From positions 3,975,366-4,039,365 of the forward strand of contig BFEA01000011.1 of the NCBI GenBank assembly GCA_003427395.1: a stretch of 64,000 bases of DNA, written 5' to 3'. How positions within the stretch are numbered: the stretch's first letter is position 1; each line of letters opens with the position of its first letter. The notes under the pieces are model-generated. The model searched no databases and was not told where the DNA came from. It saw only the letters and a list, made by a program, of their open reading frames with translations. This DNA comes from Chara braunii. Taxonomy: Eukaryota; Plantae; Charophyceae. Of this stretch, positions 1 to 12,599 are shown one piece after another. The position numbers and the translations under genes are program-made.

Positions 1-295
1 CACTGCACGACAGCGACCGGCGCTACCCAACACGTCACTCTGCTTCCTCGGTCCACCCAACCGGCCCGCCACGCTACCGGCCCGCTCCGCCGAACGACTC
101 CCGGCTGTCCACCCAACCGGCGTGCCATGCTACAGCCCCGCTCCGATGCAACCGTTCAACAGCCTGCGGAGGTCCACCCAACCAGCCCACCACGCTACCG
201 GCCCGCTCTGCCGAACGACTCCCGACGGTCCACCCAACCGGCCCGCCATGCTACCGCCCCGCTCCGACGGAACCGTGCGACAGCCTGCGGAGTCT
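1..295. repeat. GC-rich tandem repeat of about 56-66 bp
   Basis: GTCCACCCAACC..GCCAYGCTAC recurs at 52, 107, 172 and 228. Confidence 0.85.
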
Positions 296-344
296 CACGT
301 GGGCCCATCACGCGAGACCCGCTTTTTGCTTTAGGGTATTAGAG

Positions 345-960
345 ATGAATAATTTGTCCTTCAATTGTCATTTATTGACTATAACGACTTTAAGCTACCA
401 ACTTGAAGTAATCATTACACTTTCTGGAGATAAATACCAAACCATTATTGAACCACGAGATTAAAAAGGTGTGTTTATCCTTTGTAGTTCGCCAATAAGA
501 CTAGACATCCTGAATGTAGCGTTTGAATCGAGGCTGATGTAGGAGAGAAGTGTTGAGTTTATAAAACTCCTCCCTTGATCTAGTCGCTTTCTGAAATATA
601 TGGATTCCACACATCTTATGATCCACCCTCGACCAAGGACTCGGGGGAAAAAACGGTCACCCCTTGTAAGACCCTGTTCAAATCCTCTGACATCAAGATG
701 AGATCAATACGTGACTTTTTTTAATTTATTTATTTATTTATTTTTGGACTGATTAGGGGAACAATTATTACGAATGCATGTATACAAACGTTCTCGTGGA
801 AAGAAACGTCTATAGGTGTGATATTCTGAGAACTTGATATTCTGAAGCTGATATTGGGTCTCGCCACACTACTCAATGTACTCATGGAACGACAAAAATT
901 ACGAGGGCATATACTCACTGTTGTTTTCATGAGCGGTGTGCCAAGTTGCCAACCCCTATT
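345..960 (-). mobile_element. Decayed LINE endonuclease fragment
   Basis: Minus strand reads RIDLILMSEDL...DH at about 715-615, resembling the APE C-terminus. Frameshifted. Confidence 0.45.
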
Positions 961-2341
961 CTGGTCTGCTATAAGCTGATCTGGTAGGTAATGCAGTCCA
1001 GAGAGGCTTGCAGATCTGCAAAAAGTTGCCAGCTTTGTCTGAGATCTTGATTGGCACACCCTCCTCCACTGTAGTACAACCCCATAGCAGGGAGGATTTT
1101 CAGAATTGATGCACGTGGCACCATGTGGCACTTCCTGATGGCCACGTTGGCGTGTGGTAGTTGTTGTGCACAGGGGAGGGTCAGGGGGGCAAATAGCAGC
1201 AAGCACTGCTGGCTGCTGCACACCCCCGGAGGGGGGGGGGGGTGCGGGGCGTGGAGCAGAGCAGGGAGGTAAATAGTAGTGTGCTTGCTGCTACTGTTGT
1301 CAAGAGGGGGAAACATATAACAGGGTGGAACCTATTGAAAATGTTGCTGCCACAAATTATACATGTGTTAGCACACTGGCCACGTCTGCATGAGAGCAGC
1401 AGCTGCCTAGGTTCCACCTTAGCGGTCGTAAGTTGCATATCAAGAGTGGGTGACTGGTCTTGGCAGTGTGCTATGGGAAAGGGATGGGGGGAAGCTGATT
1501 TTTGTTCCTTCTTCTTTTTGCTGCTTTGCTTGAGGTTGGAGTGCAGCAGTGAAACATGCTAAGGTGCAGGGCATAGAAAACCGCTAGAGCCTAGTGGGAG
1601 ACGGCGGATTTGGTCATTAAGAGCTGTAGTGCAGAACTTCTTTTTTGGAGTGCAGTCGGCGATGGCAGGGAGTGGGGGCCAAAAAGGTGGAGTGCGGTGG
1701 AAAAGGTGATAGTTGGCAGATGATGGTGGGCGTGGGGTGCGGGGTGGGGTGGGAGCAACAAAGGGATGGCAGCAGCTTGCCTGTCGTTGCCTTCATCTTC
1801 GACGATGTTCCTCTCCCGCCTTGTTGTTCCCTGCTACGGGGGGAACAGGAGGGGATGGTCTCAAGCCACTTTGACACCAGGGTACCATGATACTGCCAAT
1901 GTGGCAAATACCATCCAGCCCAGAAGGAAAAGAGGAGATGGAGGATGATGGGGTGGAGCTGGAAGGATGATCAAGCATGGAGGCAACAACACACAGCACA
2001 CACCGTAGACTCTCACAGTGACTGTACACGGCGTACTCCAAGACTCACATGAAGAGTAAGGAACGAATCGGAGTACAGACTGCAGTTGGGGTATACCCCT
2101 CATGGACTGACTCGATTGGATTGGACTGGTACCAGATGCAGTACCGGACTGGACATATTTACAGCCTGTGGGAATGGCGGAACAGACACGTAGTCAAAGT
2201 AACCTGGCCTAAGGAATATCACTGCACACAAATACACACTCTATTTTGATTACAAAATTGATCTGGAGGCCTGATATGGACGTATCGGACAGGAGAGTGA
2301 TGGTCTTGTGCTGGCTTGACAGTGCCACCATGGGTTCTTAC

Positions 2342-2549
2342 CGGGTCAGTGCTGAAGTTGCTAGGTGGATATGTCGTTATAGACACTCCATCTCCTTCCC
2401 CGAAAGTCTTCATGAGTTTTCGAAGTGTCGCCTGCACCACCTTTAGCCTGGTTAGGCCAGCCATCAATGGACCAATCGGGTCATCCATAGCCTTCCTCAA
2501 GTCGACGAGGATGGCAACATTCTTTCGCGGGGAAATCGCCTCTGTAAAC
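2342..2549 (-). CDS. Exon 5 of the alpha2delta/CACHD1-like gene (start of VWA domain); gene apparently continues leftwards
   Basis: tttcag|G completes the split Trp codon. Encodes FTEAISPRKNVAILVDLRKAMDDPIGPLMAGLTRLKVVQATLRKLMKTFGEGDGVSITTYPPSNFSTDP, then |GTAAGA. This fits the VWA beta1/alpha1/beta2 pattern. 208 nt. Confidence 0.88.
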
Positions 2550-2641
2550 CTGAAATATCACAAAAGGAAACAAAATGGGTTCAGAAGCAACGCACATGTG
2601 CGTGAATGGAAAGAAAAAGCAGGCGCACCCGAGTGCACAAG

Positions 2642-2687
<46 letters not shown>

Positions 2688-2702
2688 NNNNNNNNNNNNN
2701 NN

Positions 2703-2768
<66 letters not shown>

Positions 2769-4820
2769 CTTTTTGTTGAGGGGGGAGGAGGGGAACAATG
2801 CTCCAGTCTATTCGTGGGGAGCAACACATACAAGGAACTGGGCCCAGCATCTCAAATGACACCTCTTTTGAGTTATCAACTTCTTTTGTTTTCTTTTTTA
2901 AACGGGCTCTGCCTACTAGGAGGGGTGGTACAAGCAGCCTCCCCTAGTAAGCTCGTTGGTTGCTCCGTTCCATTGGTGGGGGACAGCACCTGCTGGGAAA
3001 CGGGTCCAGCATCCCATTACAAGATGGAGAACAGAGTAGGATTTGACCCAGCCCGCCAGCACTGATCACCCCAGAAAAGTGGGGCAGGGAAGTGATTCCA
3101 AGGTGACCTCTTCAGTCCTGCTACTGGGTGCCTGATTATTATCCTGTTTTTACTAGCACACCCTGATCACCGACCCTGAAGCTTTTGGATGAGAGAAGTG
3201 CCCTAATTCAGGGGCTTTCCTGATGATTCTGAGAAGACATGAAGGACTGAGAAGCCATGAAGAACAGGAGACCCCAACCCTTCAACCCTAAACCCTAGAC
3301 CCTGAGTCTCCTCACACTTGCTCTAAGCTGTATCGACTCCGGTTCACCAGGCACAGGGAAGAGGGTGGGAATAGGTCGGGGAAGTCTAAGAAAGGTCACA
3401 GTGATGTATAGAAGTGTCCAGCTTGGTCCAGTCGCAGAAGACAAGGCGGTAGTCCCTGATCATGTTCCCTTGGGTTCCCCCTTGTAGGCTTGTCCCCCAT
3501 TGCACTCCACTTTCCCAATCCTCCCCCCGTGACCCCCCCCAAGCCAGCTGTTACTGAACTGTTGGATGAACTAATGCATTTCAGGTCGGAGTGGCGGTGA
3601 TCAAGTTGTGTTGTCACCCCTTGCCATTGTGTTATGATGTCAGTTTGAACCTGTTGTTTGATAGTGTCTGTAAATTCAGGACCGGACAATCGCACTCCTT
3701 CCATTTGATGCGTGGAGCCTCGCCACCGCATGACCCAGAACATGGCACGTTGACCTGATTTAAACAAATTTATTGTGAATTCACTCGGCAGAGTCGGCTG
3801 GTCAGGGTGCCAAGTTTCACAAAGCAGAGCCAGCCAATCCCATGGCCAAGGGTGGGATGCCCCGAGCTGACTCCATATCCGATCCCACCACTGCCAGAGC
3901 CAATGGCCCCTGGACATTAGAGAAAGATGTGTTCCATTGTCTCAGGCATCTTCCGGGCTGGGAATGCGGTACTGTACAACCAGGGATAGACTAGCCCCCT
4001 CTGTTCCAGGGAAGTTTGATCGACAAGCCTATTGGGTTTGGCAGGCAGTGGTGGTCCACCTACTACTGAAGGGAGGTGAGTTTTGGCGGTTTTTGGCTTG
4101 ATGGTGGGAAACCATTTGATTGGTCGTGAGGACTCCTTACTGATGTTGAGGTGTTTCATCGAAAGGGCCTCCACCTGGTCCCGGAGGTTAATCTTGGGCC
4201 TGAGCATACAATAGGTGGAGTTCATTGTCAAGGTGTGCAGTGTGTGAGCGCAGGACTTACCTCGCCCAGCCGGGCTCGTCCAGATTCCGCTGGCCGGGTC
4301 AAAGGCCGGCTGGGAGATAGGGTATTGGGTTTAAGGGTCAGACAGCGGTTCCTTTGTAGCAGGATCCTGATTCTAAAAAGCTCAGTTTGTGGGAACCGGG
4401 GTCTCTTTTGGCTAAGAGTTTGTGGAGGGTGTAGTCATGCCAGAGCTCGAACAGGTTCAGCAATACCTTCCCATCTGGGTGTCTATCCACTACATTACCA
4501 ATCAGTTGGGGTTGATCCTGTATGGCTACCCAATCTCCTTCTTGCCGGGTGGGGCCCTTTCGAAGGATGCGGACACAGCCCAAGGGGATTAGGTCGCCAG
4601 GGGGACAAACCTACAAGGGGAGGAGGTACCGGTTGCTTGGGAGGCCGAGCGGCCTGGAAGTCACCGCCCAGGAGGCAAGTAGGCCGCTATATGAAGAGGT
4701 CGAGGGAAGAGCCCGGCCTAATTCTTCAGTGTGCAAGTTTGGCGACACGCTGTTGGAGCGCTGGCTGGAGGAGCGCTGGCTACTACAGCGCTGCTGGGAG
4801 GAAGAAGCCGGGAGCGTCCA

Positions 4821-4990
4821 CCTTGGCTACGGTGGAGCTCTACCGGTGGGAGGAGGAGGGAGAAAGGGACCAAGGAGGAGAGTGGCGGGGTACCTACCTT
4901 GGCTATGGTGGAGCTCTACCGGTGGGAGGAGGAGGGAGAAAGGGACCAAGGAGGAGAGTGGCGGGGTACCTACCTGGCTATGGTGGAGTC
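4821..4990. repeat. Tandem duplication of about 76 bp
   Basis: ggctayggtggagctctaccggtgggaggaggagggagaaagggaccaagg occurs twice. Confidence 0.9.
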
Positions 4991-5769
4991 GTGGACACCA
5001 TCTTCATCACCTTGATAGGCGCTGCATCCGGAAGGCCCCAGTTGGGGTAGTGCCGCACCAAGGAAGCTCGGGGCAGAGACAGGCATGGCGGCCTAATGAG
5101 CAGCAGCATAGCTGCTTNNNNNNNNNNNNNNNNNNNNNNNNNNNNNNNNNNNNNNNNNNNNNNNNNNNNNNNNNNNNNNNNNNNNNNNNNNNNNNNNNNN
5201 NNNNNNNNNNNNNNNNNNNNNNNNNNNNNNNNNNNNNNNNNNNNNNNNNNNNNNNNNNNNNNNNNNNNNNNNNNNNNNNNNNNNNNNNNNNNNNNNNNNN
5301 NNNNNNNNNNNNNNNNNNNNNNNNNNNNNNNNNNNNNNNNNNNNNNNNNNNNNNNNNNNNNNNNNNNNNNNNNNNNNNNNNNNNNNNNNNNNNNNNNNNN
5401 NNNNNNNNNNNNNNNNNNNNNNNNNNNNNNNNNNNNNNNNNNNNNNNNNNNNNNNNNNNNNNNNNNNNNNNNNNNNNNNNNNNNNNNNNNNNNNNNNNNN
5501 NNNNNNNNNNNNNNNNNNNNNNNNNNNNNNNNNNNNNNNNNNNNNNNNNNNNNNNNNNNNNNNNNNNNNNNNNNNNNNNNNNNNNNNNNNNNNNNNNNNN
5601 NNNNNNNNNNNNNNNNNNNNNNNNNNNNNNNNNNNNNNNNNNNNNNNNNNNNNNNNNNNNNNNNNNNNNNNNNNNNNNNNNNNNNNNNNNNNNNNNNNNN
5701 NNNNNNNNNNNNNNNNNNNNNNNNNNNNNNNNNNNNNNNNNNNNNNGGTACACTTAGAGTGGCGTAGTC

Positions 5770-5917
5770 TATCTACAAAAAAAAAAAAAAAAGGGAAAGA
5801 AAATAGGCCCCGGGACGAGGTTTGGCAGGCCCTGAACTGCCGGACAGACGGGGCCCGAACCCCCGATTGTCCAAGTGGGGGGGTGACCCCCTTCGAACGT
5901 TCAGGTCGGCAACCCTG
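5770..5917. mobile_element. One end of a hAT-like MITE inserted in LINE RT
   Basis: Ends in GGCAACCCTG (CAGGGTTGCC terminus) exactly where RT similarity stops. The other end is probably in the gap. Confidence 0.45.
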
Positions 5918-7834
5918 ATCTTTGATGTTTCTTCCTTTAATGTAACCTTTCTGGACCGGGTCTATAATGTCTCCAATGACTTCTATCGTGCAATTTGCGA
6001 TTGCCTTAGCGACCATCTTGTAGACCATTGTGAGGAGTGTAATGCATCGATAGTTTCCAATATTGGTTTTCTCGCCCTTCTTGTAGAGGAAAGTCAACAC
6101 CCCTTGGTGCACACCCATTTGCCCTGATAGCCAAACTGAGTGGTAGTAGTCCATTAGGTCTTGTGATAGGCTATCCCACAGGCCTTGCCAACACTTGGGA
6201 AGTCTGTCAATGCCCGGGGTCTTTTCCTCCTCCATCAGCATGAGGGTTGTCCAAACCTCCTCCTTAGAGAGGGGTTTGCCAAGTTCCTCTTGCTGCTGGT
6301 CAGTGAGGGGTTTTGTTATAGGGAGGAGGAAATCATTGATCTCTCGTGCTCGTTCAGGCTATGGGAGGTGTCTACACTGGATGTGAAAAGGGTCCGGAAA
6401 TTTTCCCTAGGAATTTGTGTGCTTGCTGCCGTCGATGTAACTAAGGGGTCTTGTTGTTGTCAGGGGTCGGGTTGGGCCTCAATGCTTGTCCTACCCGATC
6501 TGGCCTTTGTCATTGCAAAGAATCTGATGCCCATTTATCCTTCCATTTGGTGGCGCCGTCGTTTGCCATGGATGAGTGTACCCTGCCCTCGGTGTTCCAT
6601 ATGAGTCGGTAGTTGGTCTTCCAGTTCTTGGATGTTTGTAGCGAGTGCTGCCAACTTAGACACATCATCTAGGTTATCTTCCTGTTGTTGGAGGTGCTGC
6701 AAGCGCTGATGTAATTGCACATCTTCCAAGTGGCGATGTGCTGAAAGAAGCTTGGAGTATTCATTGCACTTGTCCTCGAGGTTAGTTTTAGATCTGTTCA
6801 CAGAGAGAATATATGTATTTCGTTCGTAGAAGTCTCAGGCTTGATCTGGGTTTCGTATGAAGGAGAGGATGGCCATGCGCATCGCATGATCAAGGTCGAG
6901 GAAGAGGCCTCGGGGGAATATTTCAGCTACCTGCAATGCCGTTGTAGCTCGTCTAATATTGGGATGAGGTCAATACGAGATTTAAAGGCCCCGTCTGTTT
7001 GGCTTTTGCGGCAACATGTGAACATGCGCTGGGTTGGGAATGACCTTCTGAAGGTGTGGTACAAATTGCGCCATTGGCAGAGGTATGCAATAATATGTTT
7101 GTTGGTTTCCACACATGAGGGACATGCGGAAGGGATTTGTCAGCGGTTCAACCGGTAGTCTGGGGCTGCATTGAAGTCCCCGGCCGTAATTATCGAGATA
7201 CCCACCGGGAGTTTTATTTTGATATTCTCAAAGAAGCATTGTCGCTCCGTTATCTCATTTGGACCATATACACACAGAATGTTGACCGCCTGCAATTCGA
7301 GCATGACAAGTGATGGACCCATCGACCTTCGTCGGGGTCTGCTGCCTAATTGAGTGGTTCTATCTTGAACCAGGGGGGGCCAGATGACCACCCTCGCACT
7401 CCCGGGCCTTCATGCATGTGCTCAATAAGATTGATAGGGACATATCTCTTTGTGGGTGTGGTTGTGCTCTGTGGTGTCCACTAGGTGGGTTTCCTGTATT
7501 ATTAGTAATAACCAGGATATTCACAATTCCATATATATCCAAATTTCGAAGAGGGAATCAAGCATATCGGTGGGGAACCTACAGTAGGGGATTGTCTTAA
7601 GGGATCCCAGTAGGAGGGGTGTTAGTAGACAGACTCTGGTGGAGGAAATCATTGGGGAACCTGCAGTAGGGGGGGGGGGCTATCTGAGGGGGGATCCTCC
7701 AAGGTAGGATGGTCTGGGTCCCATAAATTAGTTGTTGACTGTAGATAGGTACCTGTCGTGGGTCCAGAAACCGACCTAACAAGGAACTGGTCCACTATAT
7801 AAGCCATCATTTAAAAACTAAAAGAAAAAGAAAT

Positions 7835-8367
7835 AACTGCGCGGGTGACTGCTGCACAGTTTCAAATTCGCAGGAATAACAGTCCACTGCAAGCTTGGGC
7901 GAAGACCAGTTCGAAACTTCAAGAAAAACAGTAAGGTGGGAACACGACGGCCTACCGGTTCAGTAATTGGCAAAAACGGGAGGTGGCGGTCGTGTTTTTT
8001 TTTTTTTTTTTTTCCTTCCTTGTCTGCAACTTTTTTTTTCTTTTTTTTTTACTGCGCCCGCTTATGCCACGGCCGCGCTGTCTAGGCCACACCCGTGGCT
8101 GGGCCATGGCCGAGATGTCTTGGCCACGCCCATGGCTGGGCCACGGCCAAGATGTCTAGGCCACACCCGTGGCTGGGCCACCCGAGATGCCTAGGCCACG
8201 CCCGAGATGCCTAGGTCATGCCCGAGATGCCTAGGCCACAACCCTGGGGAAACGAGCCAAGACTGGGAGGGCCTGCTACGGGTGTGGCCGTGGCAGACGC
8301 GAAAAAAAAAAAGTCGAAGGTGCGAAAAAAAAAGTCGAAGGCGCAAAAAAAAAATTCAAAGGCACAG

Positions 8368-8404
<37 letters not shown>

Positions 8405-8569
8405 CAACAACACAACCGCCACCGCCCTTTTTTGCCAATTACTGAACCGGTAGGCCGTCGTGCTCCCACCTTACTGTTTTTCTTGCAGTTTCGAACTGGT
8501 CTTCGCCAAGCTTGCAGTGGACTGTTATTCCTGCGAATTCCAAACTGTGCAGCAGTCACAGGCACAGTT
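7835..8569. mobile_element. Foldback element with about 160-bp TIRs and internal GGCCGAGATGTCTNGGCC repeats
   Basis: 7835-7995 is the inverted repeat of 8410-8569. Confidence 0.85.
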
Positions 8570-9169
8570 GTCTCAAAGAAAAATTAAAAAATCCCTTTGG
8601 GGAAAACAAAATGAAGAGAGCGCAGCGTCTGAGCATGTCAGCGTTGATCCTCCCGCGATGCGCCTACCCTGCCAGGCACCACAGCTGTGTGAGAGCCATG
8701 GCGGACAGTGTCTTGGTGTAGCCTATCCCTTGAGTGGGATAGGGAGTGCCTTTGCGCTCGTACACCAGGGCATCCTGGCAGCCCTGTACCGGACCTTCAT
8801 ACCATACCATACCCTCATACCTGATGAGATCCCGACACCAGAGGAGCCATCCTCCCCTCAAGCCTCAAGCTCGAAAAGGGGGGCTCCTTTCTCACCACCC
8901 AAGAGGAGTGTGGTTCACCTCCACTCACCTCTTCACGCCAGGATGGCAGCAGCGTCAGCGGAAGCAGTGGGAGGGCTTGCGACGGCAGTGGGAGTGCTGC
9001 CGACACTGCCAAGATACAACCTGATACACTATACATTTGGCTATACTGATGATTCCATCTTTCACCTCTGCTCAGACGACTCTCCAAGGTGGATACATCA
9101 ACTTTTGTCATCAACTAGATTAAGGTTGGCAGCAGCATCGGTGGGAGCAGTGGGAGAGCTTGCTCAGCG

Positions 9170-10473
9170 CAGCTGTCTTTTAGTCGTATTTTAGGGTACC
9201 ATCTTTCTGTGGTATGTTGTTGTTTCCTGAATTCCGTGAGAAATGAAACTCGTATTGTTCCTTTCGGTTCTGCTACATGCATCACCGTTAGTGTTTTGTA
9301 TTTAGAAATATGTAGGGTAAATAGTTCGGACATAGTAATGGGCTATAGAATTGTGGGTGGGTAGGATTTTGGTTTATATTGGTTTTGAGGTTGAAATGTC
9401 TGCAGTGGTTTAGGGTTAAACTCACGGGACTACCAGTAAAAGTACAGGGAGGGCTAGGAGTTGTTCCAGGATTAGGAGACCAGAATTGCTGATATAGCAT
9501 AGTCTTTTATATTTTTTCTATACTAATCATCATCATCCTTAGCATCATCATCATTAGTATGATTATCTCACAGTTTACACAGAAATTCATCATCATTATC
9601 ATCATCGTCATATGAGGGACGCTGAGCCCGGTTCTCAGCATGTTCTGTTCGGTCACTCGGGGTAGACTGTGACGACCCCGGCCTTAATCTTCTTATTGGT
9701 AATATCAGCCTTGGGCATTAGGCCCGTTTAAAATTAAAAAAAAAAAAAAAAAAAAAGTGTCTCGAGGAGCAGTGAGAGTGCAACAAGAGGCAGTGGGAAC
9801 TCTACTGGTTTGGTGGTAAGAGAGACCCGGTAAACAGCAAACTTGAGTTGTATCCGATGGGTGCGTGGTGGGAACCCGTCTAGGCAACTCAGGCTCCTTA
9901 CAGTGTTTTGGACAGTGATGATGAGAGGGCAGCCTTGACACTGTTGACGGACATGTTGCTATCTGTTTGGAGTTCGAGAAGGGTGGGGTTATCTATATTT
10001 GTGGCTATATTCACTATGGATTTCGGTAGTAAACATTGACCTCTTTTTCTAGTTGTTTTCTAGGCTAATATAATTTATGTGCTGCTGTCTTTCAGCCGTA
10101 TCTTAGGGCACCGCTATCCCTCGGTATGTTGTTGTTTTCTGAATTTCGTGGGAAGTGGAATTTGTATTGTTGCTTTCGGTTCTGTTACTTGCATCACTTT
10201 TAGTGTTTCGTATTTAGAAACACGTACTGTAAACAGTTTGGACATAGTAATGGGTTATAGTATTGTGGGTGGGTAGGAATTTGGTTTATATTTTTTTTGA
10301 TGTTGGTATGTTTGCAGTGGTTCAGGGTGAGACTCGCAGGATCTGGAAGATATGAGAGACCCGGTGAAGAGCAAACTAGAGTTGTATCCATTGGGTGCGT
10401 GGTGGGAAACCCATCTAGGCAACAAAGGCTCTTTACAGTGTTTTGGACAGTGATGATGAGAGGGTAACCCTAA
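9170..10473. repeat. Diverged local duplication (9170-9430 matches 10080-10340; 9820-9930 matches 10355-10465), with a poly(A)-tailed insert ending 9756
   Basis: Direct similarity seen by eye. Confidence 0.7.
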
Positions 10474-10616
10474 TGCTTATTCTTCCTTCCCAGCTCCTAG
10501 TCATTGAGCCTATAGGCTACTTTTAGTTTCTAAGGTTTAGCCGTTTATTCGTGCCGAGTTAGGGAACTGAGCATGGTTCGATAGTAGTTTAGTATCGATG
10601 AGCAGCACTCCAATGA

Positions 10617-10617
<1 letters not shown>

Positions 10618-10651
<34 letters not shown>

Positions 10652-11197
10652 GAAAAATAAGCTCCATCTATTGGTGGGGAGCTGCACCTGCTGGAAACCG
10701 GGACCAGCGTCCCTTACATCATGAAAAAACAACAGATGAAAACCCTTGGCTGGAAACCGGGTCCAGCGTCCCCTTCTTACTGACTTTTCAATCCAATAAT
10801 AGGGCCTATTCTATTCTACCAATGTTTGAAGGAAGAGTCCTACTAGTCAAGATGAAGCCTCTTCAGTCCGATATCTGACCGCCTGTTGGGAAGAATAAAA
10901 CCTAGCCTCCTCCTAATAGGACCCTCTCCAGCCTGCTCCTATGCTATGTCCCCCCCTCCTCCAAACCACTCAAGGTCCACCAGTGCTAATGGGGCAGGTG
11001 GGAAGGGATCGGCAAACAATTCGGGAGCTCTCAAAAAGGCCCCTGGTTGAATATCTAACCAATTCTGAAAGTTAATCTGGTAATCCCGTTTGATCCTCCC
11101 TTTCTCCTCTTCCTCCCCTGGCCATATTATATCCCCCAATTTCTCGCCAGCTGCATCCCCTAGCCATTCTAGTTGGAACTTTCGTATTCCTTGTTTG
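10618..11197 (-). mobile_element. LINE 3' end with poly(A) tail
   Basis: T-run of about 30 nt at 10618-10647. Shares the GCTGGAAACCGGGTCCAGC 3' motif with other LINE ends. Trp-rich C-terminal ORF remnant. Confidence 0.65.
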
Positions 11198-12540
11198 NNN
11201 NNNNNNNNNNNNNNNNNNNNNNNNNNNNNNNNNNNNNNNNNNNNNNNNNNNNNNNNNNNNNNNNNNNNNNNNNNNNNNNNNNNNNNNNNNNNNNNNNNNN
11301 NNNNNNNNNNNNNNNNNNNNNNNNNNNNNNNNNNNNNNNNNNNNNNNNNNNNNNNNNNNNNNNNNNNNNNNNNNNNNNNNNNNNNNNNNNNNNNNNNNNN
11401 NNNNNNNNNNAAAAAAAAAAAAAAAAAAAAAGGGAAATAAGTTGGAAATAACGAGAAACTAATGCGCTATACGAAACATCCCCTATAGGCTACAACCCTT
11501 CAAAGCTCATCGGTCTCATGAGCCATTGTCATCACCAACAGGCTCATTCTTTTTACAGTTTTGCTGCATCTGGCCCATGCAGTCGACAACACTGATCGAC
11601 TTTCACGTCTGAAGTGAAAATCGGCCCTTGCGGCTTTCTTTCTCCCCTATTGTCTTATGCAGAATGTTGGGGTTCCCTGCTATCTGATCTCGACTAGGTA
11701 TGAGGCGGAAGATCCACAACATCTTTGGGTCACTTGGCCAAATGCCGAAGTGGTATGGACACAGTGGCATCATTTACATCTTGCCCCTTGGACATGGGGT
11801 GACCTACGATGTGAAAGTGCGATTTTGTTAAGCACAATATTGACTCCCCTCGTTAACCCACGAGCGTATGTGTTTGAAACTCTTCGCACCATGATATTGT
11901 GGCCTCTCTGGATATGATATTGTGAGGGCTGGGACCACTCCCTCCAAACAACTAGTTTACCATGGCATCAGGCGAACTCTGAGACATTATTTGCCTGGAT
12001 TGGTGGAAGTGAGTCAGTAATGTTGTGACTTTGACAGTCGCTTTCATGTTTCAGAAAATATGGGCGGCCTGTTCTGCGTTGGTCACCAATGATGGTTGTG
12101 TGGCTGTGCCTGTGGAAGGTCTAAATGGGCACTGAGTGTGTCGAGTGTGTATCCTGGCTGCAACTGTGCTGCGGTGGGCTGAATGTCATGACCGGTATGG
12201 CCTCGCTTTAGAACACCGTGTCATAGTTGAAGTGGTAAAGGGTTCGATTCCGTCTGGTGCAGATTGATCCTGGCAATATACTGAACAGAATGAGCTGGGT
12301 GGCATGGACAACTGTGTATCCTGTTCACTGAAAATACAGAGTGTTTGAGGCTATGAAACCCGGGGGCAGGCCGGGGGACGGGAAGGGAAGTGGGAAAAAA
12401 ACAAAGAAAAGCAAAGTCTGCCCAGCAAGTCCGGAAAATGAGTGCCCTTTTTCACCAAAAAAAAAGAACAAAAATCGAAAAAGGCCTTTCAGTTTCCAAA
12501 TTTTGAATTTAATCACAAAGATGGAATTGTGGAGACTCAC

Positions 12541-12599
12541 CAAGGCCGTTGGCGTGGATCATACTCCTCACAATTGTATGGGTATGTTCCTGGAGCTTG
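12541..12599 (-). CDS. Exon 4 of the alpha2delta/CACHD1-like gene (YDPRxRPW motif)
   Basis: gctcgcag| QAPGTYPYNCEEYDPRQRP-TG |GTGAGT. Phase 0 in, phase 2 out, 59 nt. Confidence 0.88.

Larger units (their letters stand above)
2880..7780 (-). mobile_element. Decayed L1-like LINE (EN, RT, zf-RVT, 3' UTR) in intron 4
   Basis: EN fragments VYGPN/AGDFN/SRIDL at 6927-7391. RT KTPGID..YKKGEK..NYRCITLL at 5918-6241. zf-RVT ETMEHIFL at about 3920. Many frameshifts and an N gap. Confidence 0.85.

Noticed and set aside
3215-3250. Hammerhead ribozyme core (CTGATGA...GAAG)
   Set aside because: No GAAA and no convincing stems I-III.
3284-3305. Telomere-like CCCTAAA repeats
   Set aside because: Only two to three degenerate units.
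4151-5757. Long plus-strand ORFs, and ORFs spanning N runs or (GA)n/(GT)n tracts throughout the window
   Set aside because: They are antisense to LINE sequence, or stay open only because of tandem repeats, microsatellites or gaps.
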